Source of the DNA: an uncultured Candidatus Berkelbacteria bacterium
GTDB taxonomy: Bacteria > Patescibacteriota > UBA1384 > UBA12157 > JAENIV01
DNA: 64,000 nt
Assembly (NCBI GenBank): GCA_963698075.1
Contig: OY969116.1
Span: 400,097-464,096, forward strand
Direction: 5' to 3'
Shown in pieces: positions 20,360 through 30,194 of this stretch (within the stretch, counting starts at the first letter, position 1; every line of letters begins with the position of its first letter). Position numbers and translations under genes: made by a program. The notes beneath the pieces were generated by a model that saw only the letters and a list, made by a program, of their open reading frames with translations, ran no database searches and was not told the origin of the DNA.

Positions 20360-21612
20360 TATTCCCTCAAAGAAGCAACGATTTTATTTAAAATACTATC
20401 AGTTATGCGTTCTTCGCCCACCAAATCAATTCCTAAATTGGCTAAACTCATGGGCGTGATGTCCCAAGGATTTTTCAACTCTCCAGTTTGATCAACAATA
20501 TTTTCGACATCTTCAGGGCGGATAAAATGAACGTTGGGCTGACGGGCAAAGGGTAAGTTTGGAGACCATTGAGCATTTTTAAGAATTTCCTGGATATCGG
20601 GCAACATTGCCCCGCCACCGCAAAGTAAAATTCTTGAAGGCAAAAGCTCGACCCCGGAAAATTCCTCTAAAGTTAATTCTACTCCCGAGAGCCAAACCTG
20701 ACAATCAGTTATCAGGGCATTTTTGATAAATTTGGCATCTTCAGATCCGAGTTCGCCTTTGGAATATTTAATCTTTAAACTTTCCGCCTCCTCAAAAGAC
20801 GAACCAAAAACTTGGGCAATTCTTTTGGTAAATGTTCGGCCGCCCAAGGCAAACATTTTTGTCCCTTCAACCCCGCCCTGCCGGACCACAGCGATATCGG
20901 TAGTACCACCGCCAACATCAATAAAAATGGCACTAAATTCGGTTGATTCTTTGGGACCAACAGACCGCGCCAAAGCGTAAGGATCAGCAACGATTGAGAG
21001 TAAATCCAGTCTTAATTCAGCGGCAATTGTTTGTAAGGCTCCCAAATGGACAATTGGCGCAAAAGCATTAAAAACCCCAACTTGAAGTTCGCGGCCTTGG
21101 AAACCCAAAGGGTTGGTTACTTTATAACCATCAATTTTAACATCAACAATCGCCGCGTTAACTAATTTGACATCCATTTCCGCATGACCAGTCTCCCAAG
21201 CCAATATCTGACGAGCTCGGTCAAATGATCGATGTTGAATCCGCGCGATAATTTCTTTTAACTCCTCAAGAGTTATCCCTACCTTTGGATCAGGCCGAGT
21301 ATATTTGATTGTCGTCGTATTACCTTTGACTAATTCGCCGGCAATGCCCATGATAACTTGGGTCGGCATGATTTGAGCCTGCTCTGCCGCCCGCTCAATT
21401 GCTTTGGCGCAATTTTTTACGACGCCAGCAATATCGGTGACTGCCCCACCCTGCATATCGGAAAGTTTCTGCCTTTGTCGTCCTGACCCGACCACGATTC
21501 CCTTGTCCTCATCGACTTTAAAAATCAGACATTTAGCGAATTCAGTGCCGATATCCAAAGCCAGGGCGTATCGATTTTCAATTTTTTTACCTAAGAAATC
21601 AAATATCCCCAC
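20359..21612 (-). CDS. ftsA: cell division protein FtsA-like actin-fold ATPase
   Basis: LALDIGTEFAKCLIF and DVGGGTTDIAVV phosphate motifs; 417 aa. Confidence 0.75.
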   Translation of the reverse strand: MGIFDFLGKKIENRYALALDIGTEFAKCLIFKVDEDKGIVVGSGRQRQKLSDMQGGAVTDIAGVVKNCAKAIERAAEQAQIMPTQVIMGIAGELVKGNTTTIKYTRPDPKVGITLEELKEIIARIQHRSFDRARQILAWETGHAEMDVKLVNAAIVDVKIDGYKVTNPLGFQGRELQVGVFNAFAPIVHLGALQTIAAELRLDLLSIVADPYALARSVGPKESTEFSAIFIDVGGGTTDIAVVRQGGVEGTKMFALGGRTFTKRIAQVFGSSFEEAESLKIKYSKGELGSEDAKFIKNALITDCQVWLSGVELTLEEFSGVELLPSRILLCGGGAMLPDIQEILKNAQWSPNLPFARQPNVHFIRPEDVENIVDQTGELKNPWDITPMSLANLGIDLVGEERITDSILNKIVASLRE

Positions 21613-21763
21613 CTTTTCACCTTATCTTTTCACTTTATATTTTCTCTACTACAGCAAAAATGGGACAATTTCGTCCTTTGTTTAAGTATATCATAAAAAT
21701 CTGCGATTGCAGATTTGTCTTATTACTCTTTACTGCTCACTTTTGGAAATGTATGCTTATGGT

Positions 21764-22282
21764 ATGAAACGAGATATCATTTTAGTAGATCAAAACGATC
21801 AGGTTATTGGTCAGGAAACAAAGTTAAAAACCCATCAGGAAGGTAGGCTTCACCGAGCTTTTTCTATTTTTATTTTTAACTCAGAAAAAGAATTATTGAT
21901 TCAAAAAAGAGCGAAAGCAAAATACCACTCGCCCAATCTTTGGTCAAATACTTGTTGCAGTCATCCAAAATCAGGTGAAGATTTACTGACAACCGCTCAT
22001 CGCCGACTAAAAGAAGAAATGGGATTTGACTCTGAACTTAAAGAAATGTTTAATTTCATTTATAAAATCAAATTCTCAAACGGTTTAACGGAACATGAAT
22101 TTGACCATGTTATTGTTGGGAAGTTTGATGGGACCCCTAAAATAAATCCCAAGGAGGTTAGCGAATTTAAATGGATCGGTATAAAGACACTTTCCAAAGA
22201 TATTAAAAAAAATCCCGAGAATTACACTTATTGGCTAAAAATGATTTTGCCAAAATTAATCAGTTCTAAAATAGTTTTCTAA
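21764..22282 (+). CDS. idi: isopentenyl-diphosphate delta-isomerase, type 1 (Nudix fold)
   Basis: HRAFSIFIFNSEKELLIQKRAKAKYHSPNLWSNTCCSHP... matches the type-1 IDI core; start at MKRDI. Confidence 0.8.
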   Translation: MKRDIILVDQNDQVIGQETKLKTHQEGRLHRAFSIFIFNSEKELLIQKRAKAKYHSPNLWSNTCCSHPKSGEDLLTTAHRRLKEEMGFDSELKEMFNFIYKIKFSNGLTEHEFDHVIVGKFDGTPKINPKEVSEFKWIGIKTLSKDIKKNPENYTYWLKMILPKLISSKIVF

Positions 22283-23584
22283 TTCTCCTAATGAGTCCAG
22301 TTTTATCTCTGTATCAACTTTTTCTCCAGCGAAACTCTTCTTTATCATATTGCTGAGCGCTAAAGCCCAAACTCTAAGCATTTCTTTTTTACGGCTATCA
22401 ACGGGAATCTTATCTAATTCGCTAATTGCCGTTTTTGAAAGCTCAAAAATTCTTCTTTCACAGTCTTTTATTATCCCGTGATTTACCAATATCTCGTTTA
22501 TTTTTTGCTTATCCTCATTTGATAAATCTTTCTGCCCAATACGTTCATGAATAAATTCCCACTCCTCTGGCGAACATTTTTCTTTCGCCAATATTACCGG
22601 CATAGTTTGTTTACCTTCTGTAAAGTCCTGATAGCTGAATTTTCGATCAGCTGCTGTGCCTTTTTTAAACCCGCCCTCTGGAACAAAATCCAGCAAATCA
22701 TTCCTGAGTTGGGCGGCAATGCCATAATATTTCCCGTAATTTCCGAGCGCTTCCAAATATTGTTTCCCCTCCCCTTCATCATCAATTCCCGCCGCATAAG
22801 CCCCTAGTAACATTACTCTTTCGAAAAATTGGCCGGTTAGAAGATATAAGCGTCTTTCATAATCCTCAAGAGTTGGCGATTTTTCTTTTCCAAAGCCCTG
22901 CATGTCAAACTCTTGCCCTTCACAACCTTTATACCAAATGTCGTTAAAAAGATCCGTAACTTTTCTTTGGATATCAACATCTCTCTTGATGACTACCCCG
23001 GAATCAGGTTGAGATAGAAATACGGAACGTCCGCTTTCTGAAACTGCTGGAGGACTTTTGGATTCTTTCGCAAGACCGTCATAGACTCTTTCTTGATCCT
23101 CAATCGCTTGACTAAAAATCTTATATGCTAATTCTCTGGTAATTTCGCCGGCAATCAAAGCTCTTTCATAACCGAATTTTGCGACAACACTAGGCCTTCC
23201 GTCTCTTGTTTGATTATGATCCAAAATATCATCATGCAATATACTCGCCCCATCCATAATTCTGATTGCCGCTAATAGATTTCTAATTATTGAGGGATCT
23301 AGAGCAGGAGAGTTTTGAAGACTTGGTTCTGACTGTTTCATTAAATCGGCGACAGTTTCAAAAGATAATCTTGCAAGCAGAGGACGTCCTTTAGGTTGAT
23401 CATACCGAGGTTCAAAAAAATAGTCTGCCATTTCTCGCGAATCTTGATCTTCGATAATCGAAACGGCTTTACGTAACAAGGGCGAAACTTCAACGCCAAT
23501 TTCTCTCATATAACGGTCGACTTCTTTATAAGTTACAGGTTGAGCAACCTTAAATTCAGGACTTCCTATCACTTCATGATCCAT
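22256..23584 (-). CDS. trans-polyprenyl diphosphate synthase family protein (long form)
   Basis: First Asp-rich motif HDDILDHN and second GIAAQLRNDLLDF; adjacent to idi. Confidence 0.7.
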   Translation of the reverse strand: MDHEVIGSPEFKVAQPVTYKEVDRYMREIGVEVSPLLRKAVSIIEDQDSREMADYFFEPRYDQPKGRPLLARLSFETVADLMKQSEPSLQNSPALDPSIIRNLLAAIRIMDGASILHDDILDHNQTRDGRPSVVAKFGYERALIAGEITRELAYKIFSQAIEDQERVYDGLAKESKSPPAVSESGRSVFLSQPDSGVVIKRDVDIQRKVTDLFNDIWYKGCEGQEFDMQGFGKEKSPTLEDYERRLYLLTGQFFERVMLLGAYAAGIDDEGEGKQYLEALGNYGKYYGIAAQLRNDLLDFVPEGGFKKGTAADRKFSYQDFTEGKQTMPVILAKEKCSPEEWEFIHERIGQKDLSNEDKQKINEILVNHGIIKDCERRIFELSKTAISELDKIPVDSRKKEMLRVWALALSNMIKKSFAGEKVDTEIKLDSLGELENYFRTD

Positions 23585-23604
23585 TTAACTCCTATTAAAA
23601 ATTT

Positions 23605-25347
23605 TTATTCCAAAACCGCCCTAATTCTTCTCACTCCCGCTGAAGAGGACTCTTCTTTAATTATTTTAAATTTCCCAATTTCGCCGGTACTTTGGACATG
23701 CGGACCGCCGCAGAGTTCATGGGAAAAATTACCGATACTATACATAGTCAATTTGCCATATTGGACGTATTTTTCGATGAATTGCGCTTCAGCGCCGAAT
23801 TTTTTTGCCTCTTCAACCTTGGTTTCTTTTTTGCTCACCGGAATGTCTTCGCTAATTTTTTCGTTCACGATCTTTTCAACTTTTTTAATTTGTTCATCCG
23901 TCACCGGCTTATCGTAAGAAAAATCAAAACGGATCCTTTCTTCATTAATATTCGATCCTCGTTGATGAACATCTGGCCCCAAAACTTCCTGCAATGCTTT
24001 TAATAGTAAATGCGTCGCCGTATGCATTCGGGTGGTAATTTCACTTTGACCAACCAATCCGCCTTTAAACATACCCCTAGATGTTGTTCTTGAACGTTCT
24101 TTGTGTTTTTCAATGGCTTTTTCGTAACCTTTATAATCAACTTTAAGACCGAGGTCTTTAGCAATTTCTTGACTTAAATCCGGGGGAACACCATAAGTTT
24201 GATAGTTTTCGTAAATATACTCACCAGAAGCCTCGTCGGGCTCAGAAAGAATTGCAACATCTTTAATTTTTTTAATAACCTTGTGCCTAATCGCCATCTC
24301 AAGGTCGTTTTTATACTGCTGAACCCAATCAAGGGGTTTTTGGAATTTTTCTTCTTCAGCCTGGAAAATATCTATAATAAAATCTTTGTTTTTTTCCAGT
24401 TGCGGATAGCTTTTTTTAAAATCATCAATGACTGTACTGCCGAGATTAACAATAAATCCTCTATTTGTTCCCAAAGTCTTTCCCCGTCTGACAGCTCGTC
24501 TGATCAATCGACGCAAAACATATCCTCTACCCAAATTTGAGGCTTCAATTTTTTCTGAGGCAATGAAGGCTGCCGCTTTAAGATGATCAACAATGATTCT
24601 AAATTCACGAGAAAAATCAGCATATTTTTTATCGGAATGATTCTGGATTTTCTCAATTATTGATTTAAATACGTCCGTCTCATAGACATCTTTCAAGTCA
24701 TTCAAAACCACTAACATTCTTTCCAAACCCAATCCCGTATCCACACCTTTTGTTTTCAATGGTTCGTATTTGCCATCTTTGAAGTAATATTCATTAAAAA
24801 CCAGATTCCAAACTTCGACGCCATCGACATAAAATTCAACGGTTGGTCCACAAGGGCCTTCGTTGCCGGTTGGACCCCAAAAATTGTCATCGCGTCCGTG
24901 TTCCTCAAATTTTATTCCAATATTCTGCAGAATGTGAGAGGATTCTTCATCACGAGGATTTTTGTCATCGCCAGCAAAAATCGAGCACATTATTCTTTCC
25001 GGATTAATTCCAAGTTCTTTAGTCAAAAATTCATAAGCCAATTCGATCGTCTTTTTTTTAAAGTAGCCCCCAAAGGAAAAATTTCCCAGCATTTCAAAAA
25101 AAGTCAGATGCGTTTCGTCCCCAACCAATTCAATATCGGAGGTCCGAAGACAGGGTTGGATAGTAACAACATTTTTTGCCGGCGCTTCCTCTGGATAAGT
25201 ATAAAATCTTTTAAACTGCTGCATGCCTGCCGTCGTAAATAAAACCGACGGGTCGTTTTCAGGAATCAATGAAGCAGCCTGTAATTCCTTATGCCCGCGT
25301 TCGCGAAAGAAATCAATAAATTTTTTTCTTAATTCACCTGAGTCCAT
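23605..25347 (-). CDS. alaS: alanyl-tRNA synthetase, short form (catalytic plus editing domains, no C-terminal C-Ala domain)
   Basis: N-terminal AlaRS catalytic core (FTTAGMQQFK...), editing-domain HTATHLLLKAL...CGGPHV; only 580 aa. Confidence 0.85.
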   Translation of the reverse strand: MDSGELRKKFIDFFRERGHKELQAASLIPENDPSVLFTTAGMQQFKRFYTYPEEAPAKNVVTIQPCLRTSDIELVGDETHLTFFEMLGNFSFGGYFKKKTIELAYEFLTKELGINPERIMCSIFAGDDKNPRDEESSHILQNIGIKFEEHGRDDNFWGPTGNEGPCGPTVEFYVDGVEVWNLVFNEYYFKDGKYEPLKTKGVDTGLGLERMLVVLNDLKDVYETDVFKSIIEKIQNHSDKKYADFSREFRIIVDHLKAAAFIASEKIEASNLGRGYVLRRLIRRAVRRGKTLGTNRGFIVNLGSTVIDDFKKSYPQLEKNKDFIIDIFQAEEEKFQKPLDWVQQYKNDLEMAIRHKVIKKIKDVAILSEPDEASGEYIYENYQTYGVPPDLSQEIAKDLGLKVDYKGYEKAIEKHKERSRTTSRGMFKGGLVGQSEITTRMHTATHLLLKALQEVLGPDVHQRGSNINEERIRFDFSYDKPVTDEQIKKVEKIVNEKISEDIPVSKKETKVEEAKKFGAEAQFIEKYVQYGKLTMYSIGNFSHELCGGPHVQSTGEIGKFKIIKEESSSAGVRRIRAVLE

Positions 25348-25351
25348 TTTT

Positions 25352-25984
25352 TTACTGATTACCTAAAATTAATTTTTTGACAAAACCGGCAATGTTTGTA
25401 AACCCCAATAAAACGGGGTTGACTTTACCTGATTCTGACTGGGCATACCAAGCGTCATAAACTTTATCATACATTTCTTCGGCGCCTTTGACTTTTTTAA
25501 TGAAAAAGACGGTCTCGTAAGGCAAGGGTAAACCTTGCTCATTGTATTGATGAGCCCGGCCGACGCCGGCATTATAGGAAGCTAAAACTAAATCCTCGTT
25601 ATTGCTGAACTTATCCATCAAGCCGCGTAAATACCAGCTGCCGTATTTAATATTGGTATCCGGGTCATGAAGATCGCCCATCGATTCGCCCATTTCCGAG
25701 GCAATCGATCCAGCCGTTCCCGGCATCAATTGCATTAAACCAACCGCTCCAGCGCCAGAAACGGAATCTTTATGAAAACGGCTTTCAGTATATATAACCG
25801 CAGCAATAAAATTTGGCCTTAAATTTCTTTCCGCTGCATATTTTTTAATTGAATCTTTATAATCTAAGGGATACAAAACTTCTCCCCAAACGTGCGGGAA
25901 GAAAAAATAGAAAACTAAAAGTAACCCAACTGTAACGGCGGCTGCGATTGTAAATTTAAGCCATCTTCTTTTCATACAGCCCAA
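25352..25984 (-). CDS. lytic transglycosylase (SLT domain), membrane anchored
   Basis: N-terminal TM; SLT motifs ...IYTESRF... and GAVGLMQLMPGT. Confidence 0.8.
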   Translation of the reverse strand: MGCMKRRWLKFTIAAAVTVGLLLVFYFFFPHVWGEVLYPLDYKDSIKKYAAERNLRPNFIAAVIYTESRFHKDSVSGAGAVGLMQLMPGTAGSIASEMGESMGDLHDPDTNIKYGSWYLRGLMDKFSNNEDLVLASYNAGVGRAHQYNEQGLPLPYETVFFIKKVKGAEEMYDKVYDAWYAQSESGKVNPVLLGFTNIAGFVKKLILGNQ

Positions 25985-26146
25985 TCATACCAGTTCTCAG
26001 GAAAATAGTCCAGATTAAAAAATGCCCGGGGCGAGACTCCCCACTCCATCCTTACTGCCTTTAGGCATGCAAAAGGGACTATGTCCTCTACTTTCAGTGC
26101 GGATTTCGAGGGGCAAGCGAATTCGCATGGGGCATTATTTTAATTA

Positions 26147-26231
26147 TGCCGGGGGCGGGATTCGAACCCGCACGGCCGGTTAAGGCCACAGCATTTTAAG
26201 TGCTGCATGTCTCCCGTTCCATCACCCCGGC
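26147..26231 (-). tRNA. tRNA-Leu (anticodon TAA), type II with long variable arm
   Basis: Manual fold: acceptor GCCGGGG/CCCCGGC, anticodon stem CAGCA/TGCTG with loop CTTAAAA, T-loop TTCGAAT. Confidence 0.85.
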
Positions 26232-26254
26232 ACGATTAAATTATATCTTAAAAA

Positions 26255-27226
26255 TTACTTCAGGGCAATCTGCCAAGATTGGTTATTGAGTTCTAAATCC
26301 GCAGCCACCGTAAAACCAGCAGCTTTTTTATGCCCTCCGCCACCAAAAAGTTTGGCCAGCCGTGAAACATCGACATTTTCTTTTTCCGTCCGAAGAGAGG
26401 CCCTAATTTGACCTTCGGGTGTTTCAAAAAACAAAATAGCCGCCTTAGATTCAGGAATGACGTTCATTAAATTCACCACCCCAGCCAGATCGAAGTAAGT
26501 TGCCCCGCAATCCCGAAGATCCTTGCGGGTGATTACTGAAGAAACAACCTGGAGATCATTATTTTTTCTTAGCCTCGAAAGTGCCACCCCCCAAAGCCTA
26601 AGGGAGGCAACGCTTTTATTTAAAGCAACATTACGAGTAATGTCTTTGAGCCTGGCCCCGAAATTGAGCAATTCTGAAGACACTTTTAGAGTTTCGGGTG
26701 TGGTATTGGAATGTTTAAAGCCACCAGTATCGGTGTAAATCCCCGTCAAGATGGCCGTGGCAATTTCGTGACCAATCTTTACCTCCAATTTCTTAATAAT
26801 TTGCCAAACAAGCTCAGAGGCTGAGGAGACCTTTTGATCGACGAAATTTATATTGGCAATCTTCCAAAGATCATTTTTAGGATGATGATCGATATTTATC
26901 AGGTTTTTGCGAATACGGCTGAATTTCTTTAATCTTTCAGCAAAGCCGGTGCGTCTGAGATCGCCACAGTCGATGATAATAATCACCTCAAAGTCGCCAA
27001 ACAAGATATCTTTTTTTATTTTCCCGGTTTCTTTTAAAAACAAAAAGGGCTTTGGTACCGGATCTTTACAAACCATTTGGACATCTTTACTTAAATTCTT
27101 TATAGCTAAAAACATTGCGACCGTGGCGGCCAAAGTATCACCATCGGGATCTTCATGGATCATTAAGAGAATTTTTTGATAATTTTTAATTTTAGAAATG
27201 ATTTTATCAATTAGCATTGAGAACAA
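26255..27226 (-). CDS. nrnA: DHH/DHHA1 phosphoesterase (NrnA-like nanoRNase/pAp phosphatase)
   Basis: DHH motif region (HEDPDGDTLAAT...DHH) and DHHA1 GGGHKKAAG. Confidence 0.8.
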   Translation of the reverse strand: MFSMLIDKIISKIKNYQKILLMIHEDPDGDTLAATVAMFLAIKNLSKDVQMVCKDPVPKPFLFLKETGKIKKDILFGDFEVIIIIDCGDLRRTGFAERLKKFSRIRKNLINIDHHPKNDLWKIANINFVDQKVSSASELVWQIIKKLEVKIGHEIATAILTGIYTDTGGFKHSNTTPETLKVSSELLNFGARLKDITRNVALNKSVASLRLWGVALSRLRKNNDLQVVSSVITRKDLRDCGATYFDLAGVVNLMNVIPESKAAILFFETPEGQIRASLRTEKENVDVSRLAKLFGGGGHKKAAGFTVAADLELNNQSWQIALK

Positions 27227-27746
27227 TTACTTTTCTTTCTTCTTGGGGTAAATCATTGAGATTTAATTTTAACTGAGTCAAACCTTCGTTGGAAATGCCT
27301 TCTTCTTTGAGAAAACTTTCTAAACCTGCCCTGCCGGCAGGTGGGTTTTGACTGTACATTGGAATGACAATTTGGGGATCAATTTGGTTAATAACGTCGA
27401 TGGCCATTTTTGTTTCCGTAAATTCGCCGCCGCCAACGCCAACAAGCAAAATATTAATACCCCCAAGCTTTTCAAGCTCCTCATCAGATAAAACTTTCGC
27501 TTTTTTCATCCAGCAAATAGTCATCTTTTCTGACAGAACTTCGATTGTGCCATCGATCACCTCAAGTTGGACACCACCTGACTCGTATTCTCCTGGGGTC
27601 GTTATTTCCAATTCGCCCAAAGCAATATGTTGGCCAATTTTTAACGTATATTTCGCATCGCTCGCATTATTCGCATTATTTGCACCATTCGCACCTTTTT
27701 TGGTTTTGATGGTAAAATTTTCTTGCCCTTGGTAAGTTATAATCAT
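27207..27746 (-). CDS. hypothetical protein, degenerate metallo-beta-lactamase-like fold with a low-complexity GANGANNANNASDA insertion
   Basis: Overall resemblance to COG2220-type MBL proteins but without HxHxDH. The insertion is encoded by short tandem repeats (cgcattatt x2). Confidence 0.3.
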   Translation of the reverse strand: MIITYQGQENFTIKTKKGANGANNANNASDAKYTLKIGQHIALGELEITTPGEYESGGVQLEVIDGTIEVLSEKMTICWMKKAKVLSDEELEKLGGINILLVGVGGGEFTETKMAIDVINQIDPQIVIPMYSQNPPAGRAGLESFLKEEGISNEGLTQLKLNLNDLPQEERKVIVLNAN

Positions 27747-27750
27747 TTCC

Positions 27751-28869
27751 CTACTTTTTCTTGTCGGCTTTTTTTATCTTTTTTTCTTTTTTGACTTTTG
27801 ATTTGAAGCTTAAACTAAGCTTATGAAGTTCTCTCTCGATTGAAACAATCTCAAATTCGTAACTTTTGCCTTCTTCAACTACTTGTCTTGGATCAGAAAT
27901 TTTCTGGCCAAGTTTTGAAATATGAACCAAGCCGTCTAAAGATCCGACCTTAACAAAAGCGCCAAATGGGGTGATCTTAGTGACTGTGCCGGAAACTTTC
28001 TGACCAACTTTATAAGAAGCCGCTTCCTTGAGCCACGGATCAGGCAATAATTTTTTAATCGAAAGAGAGAGTCGGTTATTATCAGTCGAGATTACCTCAA
28101 CGTCAATTTTCTGACCAACCTGAAATTCTTTATTCAGATCTTCGATATGATCCCACGAGACTTCTGAAATATGAACCAAACCCTCCATCGTCTCGCCGTC
28201 CGAAAGCTCAGTTTTCACAAAGAGACCAAAATTAACGATCCCTGTAATGTCCCCTTTGAGTTTGGTCCCTATTTTAATCTGGGATAATTTTTGTTGCCAG
28301 AGACTATCGCCAGCGGCTTTTTCAGAGAAAATCAATTTTCCTGCGTTTGGTTCAAAATTTAAGATTTTTACTTGAAAAGCCTGACCAACTAAGTTTTTCA
28401 GACGATTAAAAATTTCGTTACGATCGCCAGAAGAAACCTTGGGATAATGAGAACTAGCTAGTTGTGATACCGGTAAGAATCCCTCAAAATCGCCAAATTG
28501 ACAAAGTAAGCCTCCTTTATTGGCCGAAGTGGCTTTAACCGGCATCACCTCGCCGCTTTCATATTTTGTGGCTAAGAGTTTACTAATTCTTTCTTTATCT
28601 GCTCGCCGGAGCGACAAAACCACATCCCCTTGGTCATTTTCAACCGTCAAAACATAGGCTAAAATTTTATCGCCAACTTTAAGATCAGGCATTTCTGGTG
28701 AAAATTCTTGTTCGGGAATGATTCCCAAAGTGAAACCACCGACATCAACTAAAATTTTATTTTTGAGAATTTGCAAGATTTTAACTTCAAAAAGCTCGCC
28801 GGAGCGGATGGGGATGAGCTTATTACCGGCTTCGGAAACGATATCTTTCATTGTTTTAATGTCAGCCAT
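27751..28869 (-). CDS. rpsA: ribosomal protein S1-like protein (four S1 domains, Lys-rich tail)
   Basis: Repeated S1-domain signatures (GxV...G.FV...GLVHISE); 372 aa. Confidence 0.75.
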   Translation of the reverse strand: MADIKTMKDIVSEAGNKLIPIRSGELFEVKILQILKNKILVDVGGFTLGIIPEQEFSPEMPDLKVGDKILAYVLTVENDQGDVVLSLRRADKERISKLLATKYESGEVMPVKATSANKGGLLCQFGDFEGFLPVSQLASSHYPKVSSGDRNEIFNRLKNLVGQAFQVKILNFEPNAGKLIFSEKAAGDSLWQQKLSQIKIGTKLKGDITGIVNFGLFVKTELSDGETMEGLVHISEVSWDHIEDLNKEFQVGQKIDVEVISTDNNRLSLSIKKLLPDPWLKEAASYKVGQKVSGTVTKITPFGAFVKVGSLDGLVHISKLGQKISDPRQVVEEGKSYEFEIVSIERELHKLSLSFKSKVKKEKKIKKADKKK

Positions 28870-28880
28870 ATTATCCTTTT

Positions 28881-29309
28881 TTACGCGGAAGACCTACCTG
28901 CGGTAGGCAGGTATTTTTCAAATTGTTGTTTACGTTCAAATTTTTTAATTTCTTTTGGTATAATTATTAATCGAAAATAAATAATCCACATTCCCCAAAT
29001 AATAAAGATTAAAAAATCAACCAAAATGAAAAAACGACTGCCCACATACGGGATCCCTTGCCATCGAGAAAAAACCAAAACCAAACCAACTAAGCCAATG
29101 TAGAAAAAAAGATTAAAAAGCCGATAGCGAAATTCTTTCCAAAAAGCAAACTCTGTTTTTCGATTATACCAAATCCAAAAGAATATTCCTAAAACAACGA
29201 AGACAGCAAAGACAATTGCTAAATAAAGATAATCGGAAATCGGTGGCGGCGTTTTTTCAAAAATGTATTTAGTATCAAGGAACTTTTTTAAATCAATATT
29301 TTGAAACAT
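28881..29309 (-). CDS. hypothetical membrane protein. Start moved to MFQNID because the ORF-track N-terminus overlaps tRNA-Phe.
   Basis: Three or four predicted TM helices; no motif. Confidence 0.4.
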   Translation of the reverse strand: MFQNIDLKKFLDTKYIFEKTPPPISDYLYLAIVFAVFVVLGIFFWIWYNRKTEFAFWKEFRYRLFNLFFYIGLVGLVLVFSRWQGIPYVGSRFFILVDFLIFIIWGMWIIYFRLIIIPKEIKKFERKQQFEKYLPTAGRSSA

Positions 29310-29323
29310 AATTTGGTTGTTTA

Positions 29324-29395
29324 TGCCGAGGGTGAGAATCGGACTCACGACACCGTGATTTTCAGTCACGTGCTCTACCACTGAGCTACCTCGGC
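29324..29395 (-). tRNA. tRNA-Phe (GAA)
   Basis: Manual fold: GCCGAGG acceptor, anticodon stem CGTGA/TCACG with loop CTGAAAA; 72 nt. Confidence 0.9.
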
Positions 29396-29518
29396 AAAAT
29401 AAGTTTTAAGAAATACGAAATGTGAAATGGGGTAAATCCCTCATCTCGTATTTCGAATCTCGAATATACTTATTATGGTTAGGAGACTAATATTTAGATC
29501 TTTTTAATATTAACAAAT

Positions 29519-30001
29519 TCACGCTTGATTATCAATAGTCTTATTTGACTGATTAAATTTTACTCTGATTTTGTTAACAATATAAATTGCTAATAATCCA
29601 TATCCCAACCCCAAAATTGTCCCTGCCAAAACATCAGTTGGATAATGCATGCCGTTATGCATTCTAGCAAAAGCCATGAGTAGCACGAAAATTAACGCCA
29701 GAGGCCAGGTTTTTCGATAAAAATATACAAAAACTGTCAAAACACCTAAAGTGCTTGCCATGTGGCTTGAGGGAAAAGATGAATCGGTGAAAGCTTTACC
29801 GACTGCCATAATTTCTCCTGGATGACCAATCCATGGTCTGATTCTGGATGGGAAAAAAGTCAAAATAGCATGTTTCAATAGACCTTCGGAGATAAGAAAA
29901 TGCAAAGCCAAAGCGATCAAAACTGCGATAAAGACCCATTTACCATTCTTCTTGTCTAAGAATAAAGCTAGAAAAGCTAAAACGGACCAAAGAATTATCA
30001 A
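29519..30001 (-). CDS. PAP2-family phosphatase (undecaprenyl-diphosphate/phosphatidate phosphatase type)
   Basis: PAP2 motifs KAFTDSSFPSSHMA and HYPTDVLAG. Confidence 0.8.
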   Translation of the reverse strand: MIILWSVLAFLALFLDKKNGKWVFIAVLIALALHFLISEGLLKHAILTFFPSRIRPWIGHPGEIMAVGKAFTDSSFPSSHMASTLGVLTVFVYFYRKTWPLALIFVLLMAFARMHNGMHYPTDVLAGTILGLGYGLLAIYIVNKIRVKFNQSNKTIDNQA

Positions 30002-30108
30002 AAAAGGAATTAAACTGACGAATGCGGTAATTTTATCAACAAAAGTCCCTTGACCGAGATGATTTAAAAAATAAACTATTTTGTATTCGATTCATCCCTC
30101 CTTAATAA

Positions 30109-30180
30109 TGGGCGGTGAAGGATTCGAACCTACGACATCCTCGATGTAAACGAGGCGCTCTACCGCTGAGCTAACCGCCC
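30109..30180 (-). tRNA. tRNA-Val (TAC)
   Basis: Manual fold: GGGCGGT acceptor, anticodon stem CCTCG/CGAGG with loop TTTACAT, T-loop TTCGAAT; 72 nt. Confidence 0.9.
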
Positions 30181-30194
30181 GTATATCAGAGCTA

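Noticed and set aside
26057-26071. 15-nt match tgcctttaggcatgc, with its reverse complement at 62735..62749
   Set aside because: The expected number of chance 15-mer matches (both strands) in this window is of order one to a few. There is no extended similarity beyond the core.
28870-28930. Hairpin ACCTGC-GGTAG-GCAGGT between the S1 gene start and the upstream membrane-protein gene
   Set aside because: On the coding (minus) strand it is not followed by a T-run. It is probably just leader or RBS-region structure of the S1 mRNA; too weak to call a regulatory element.
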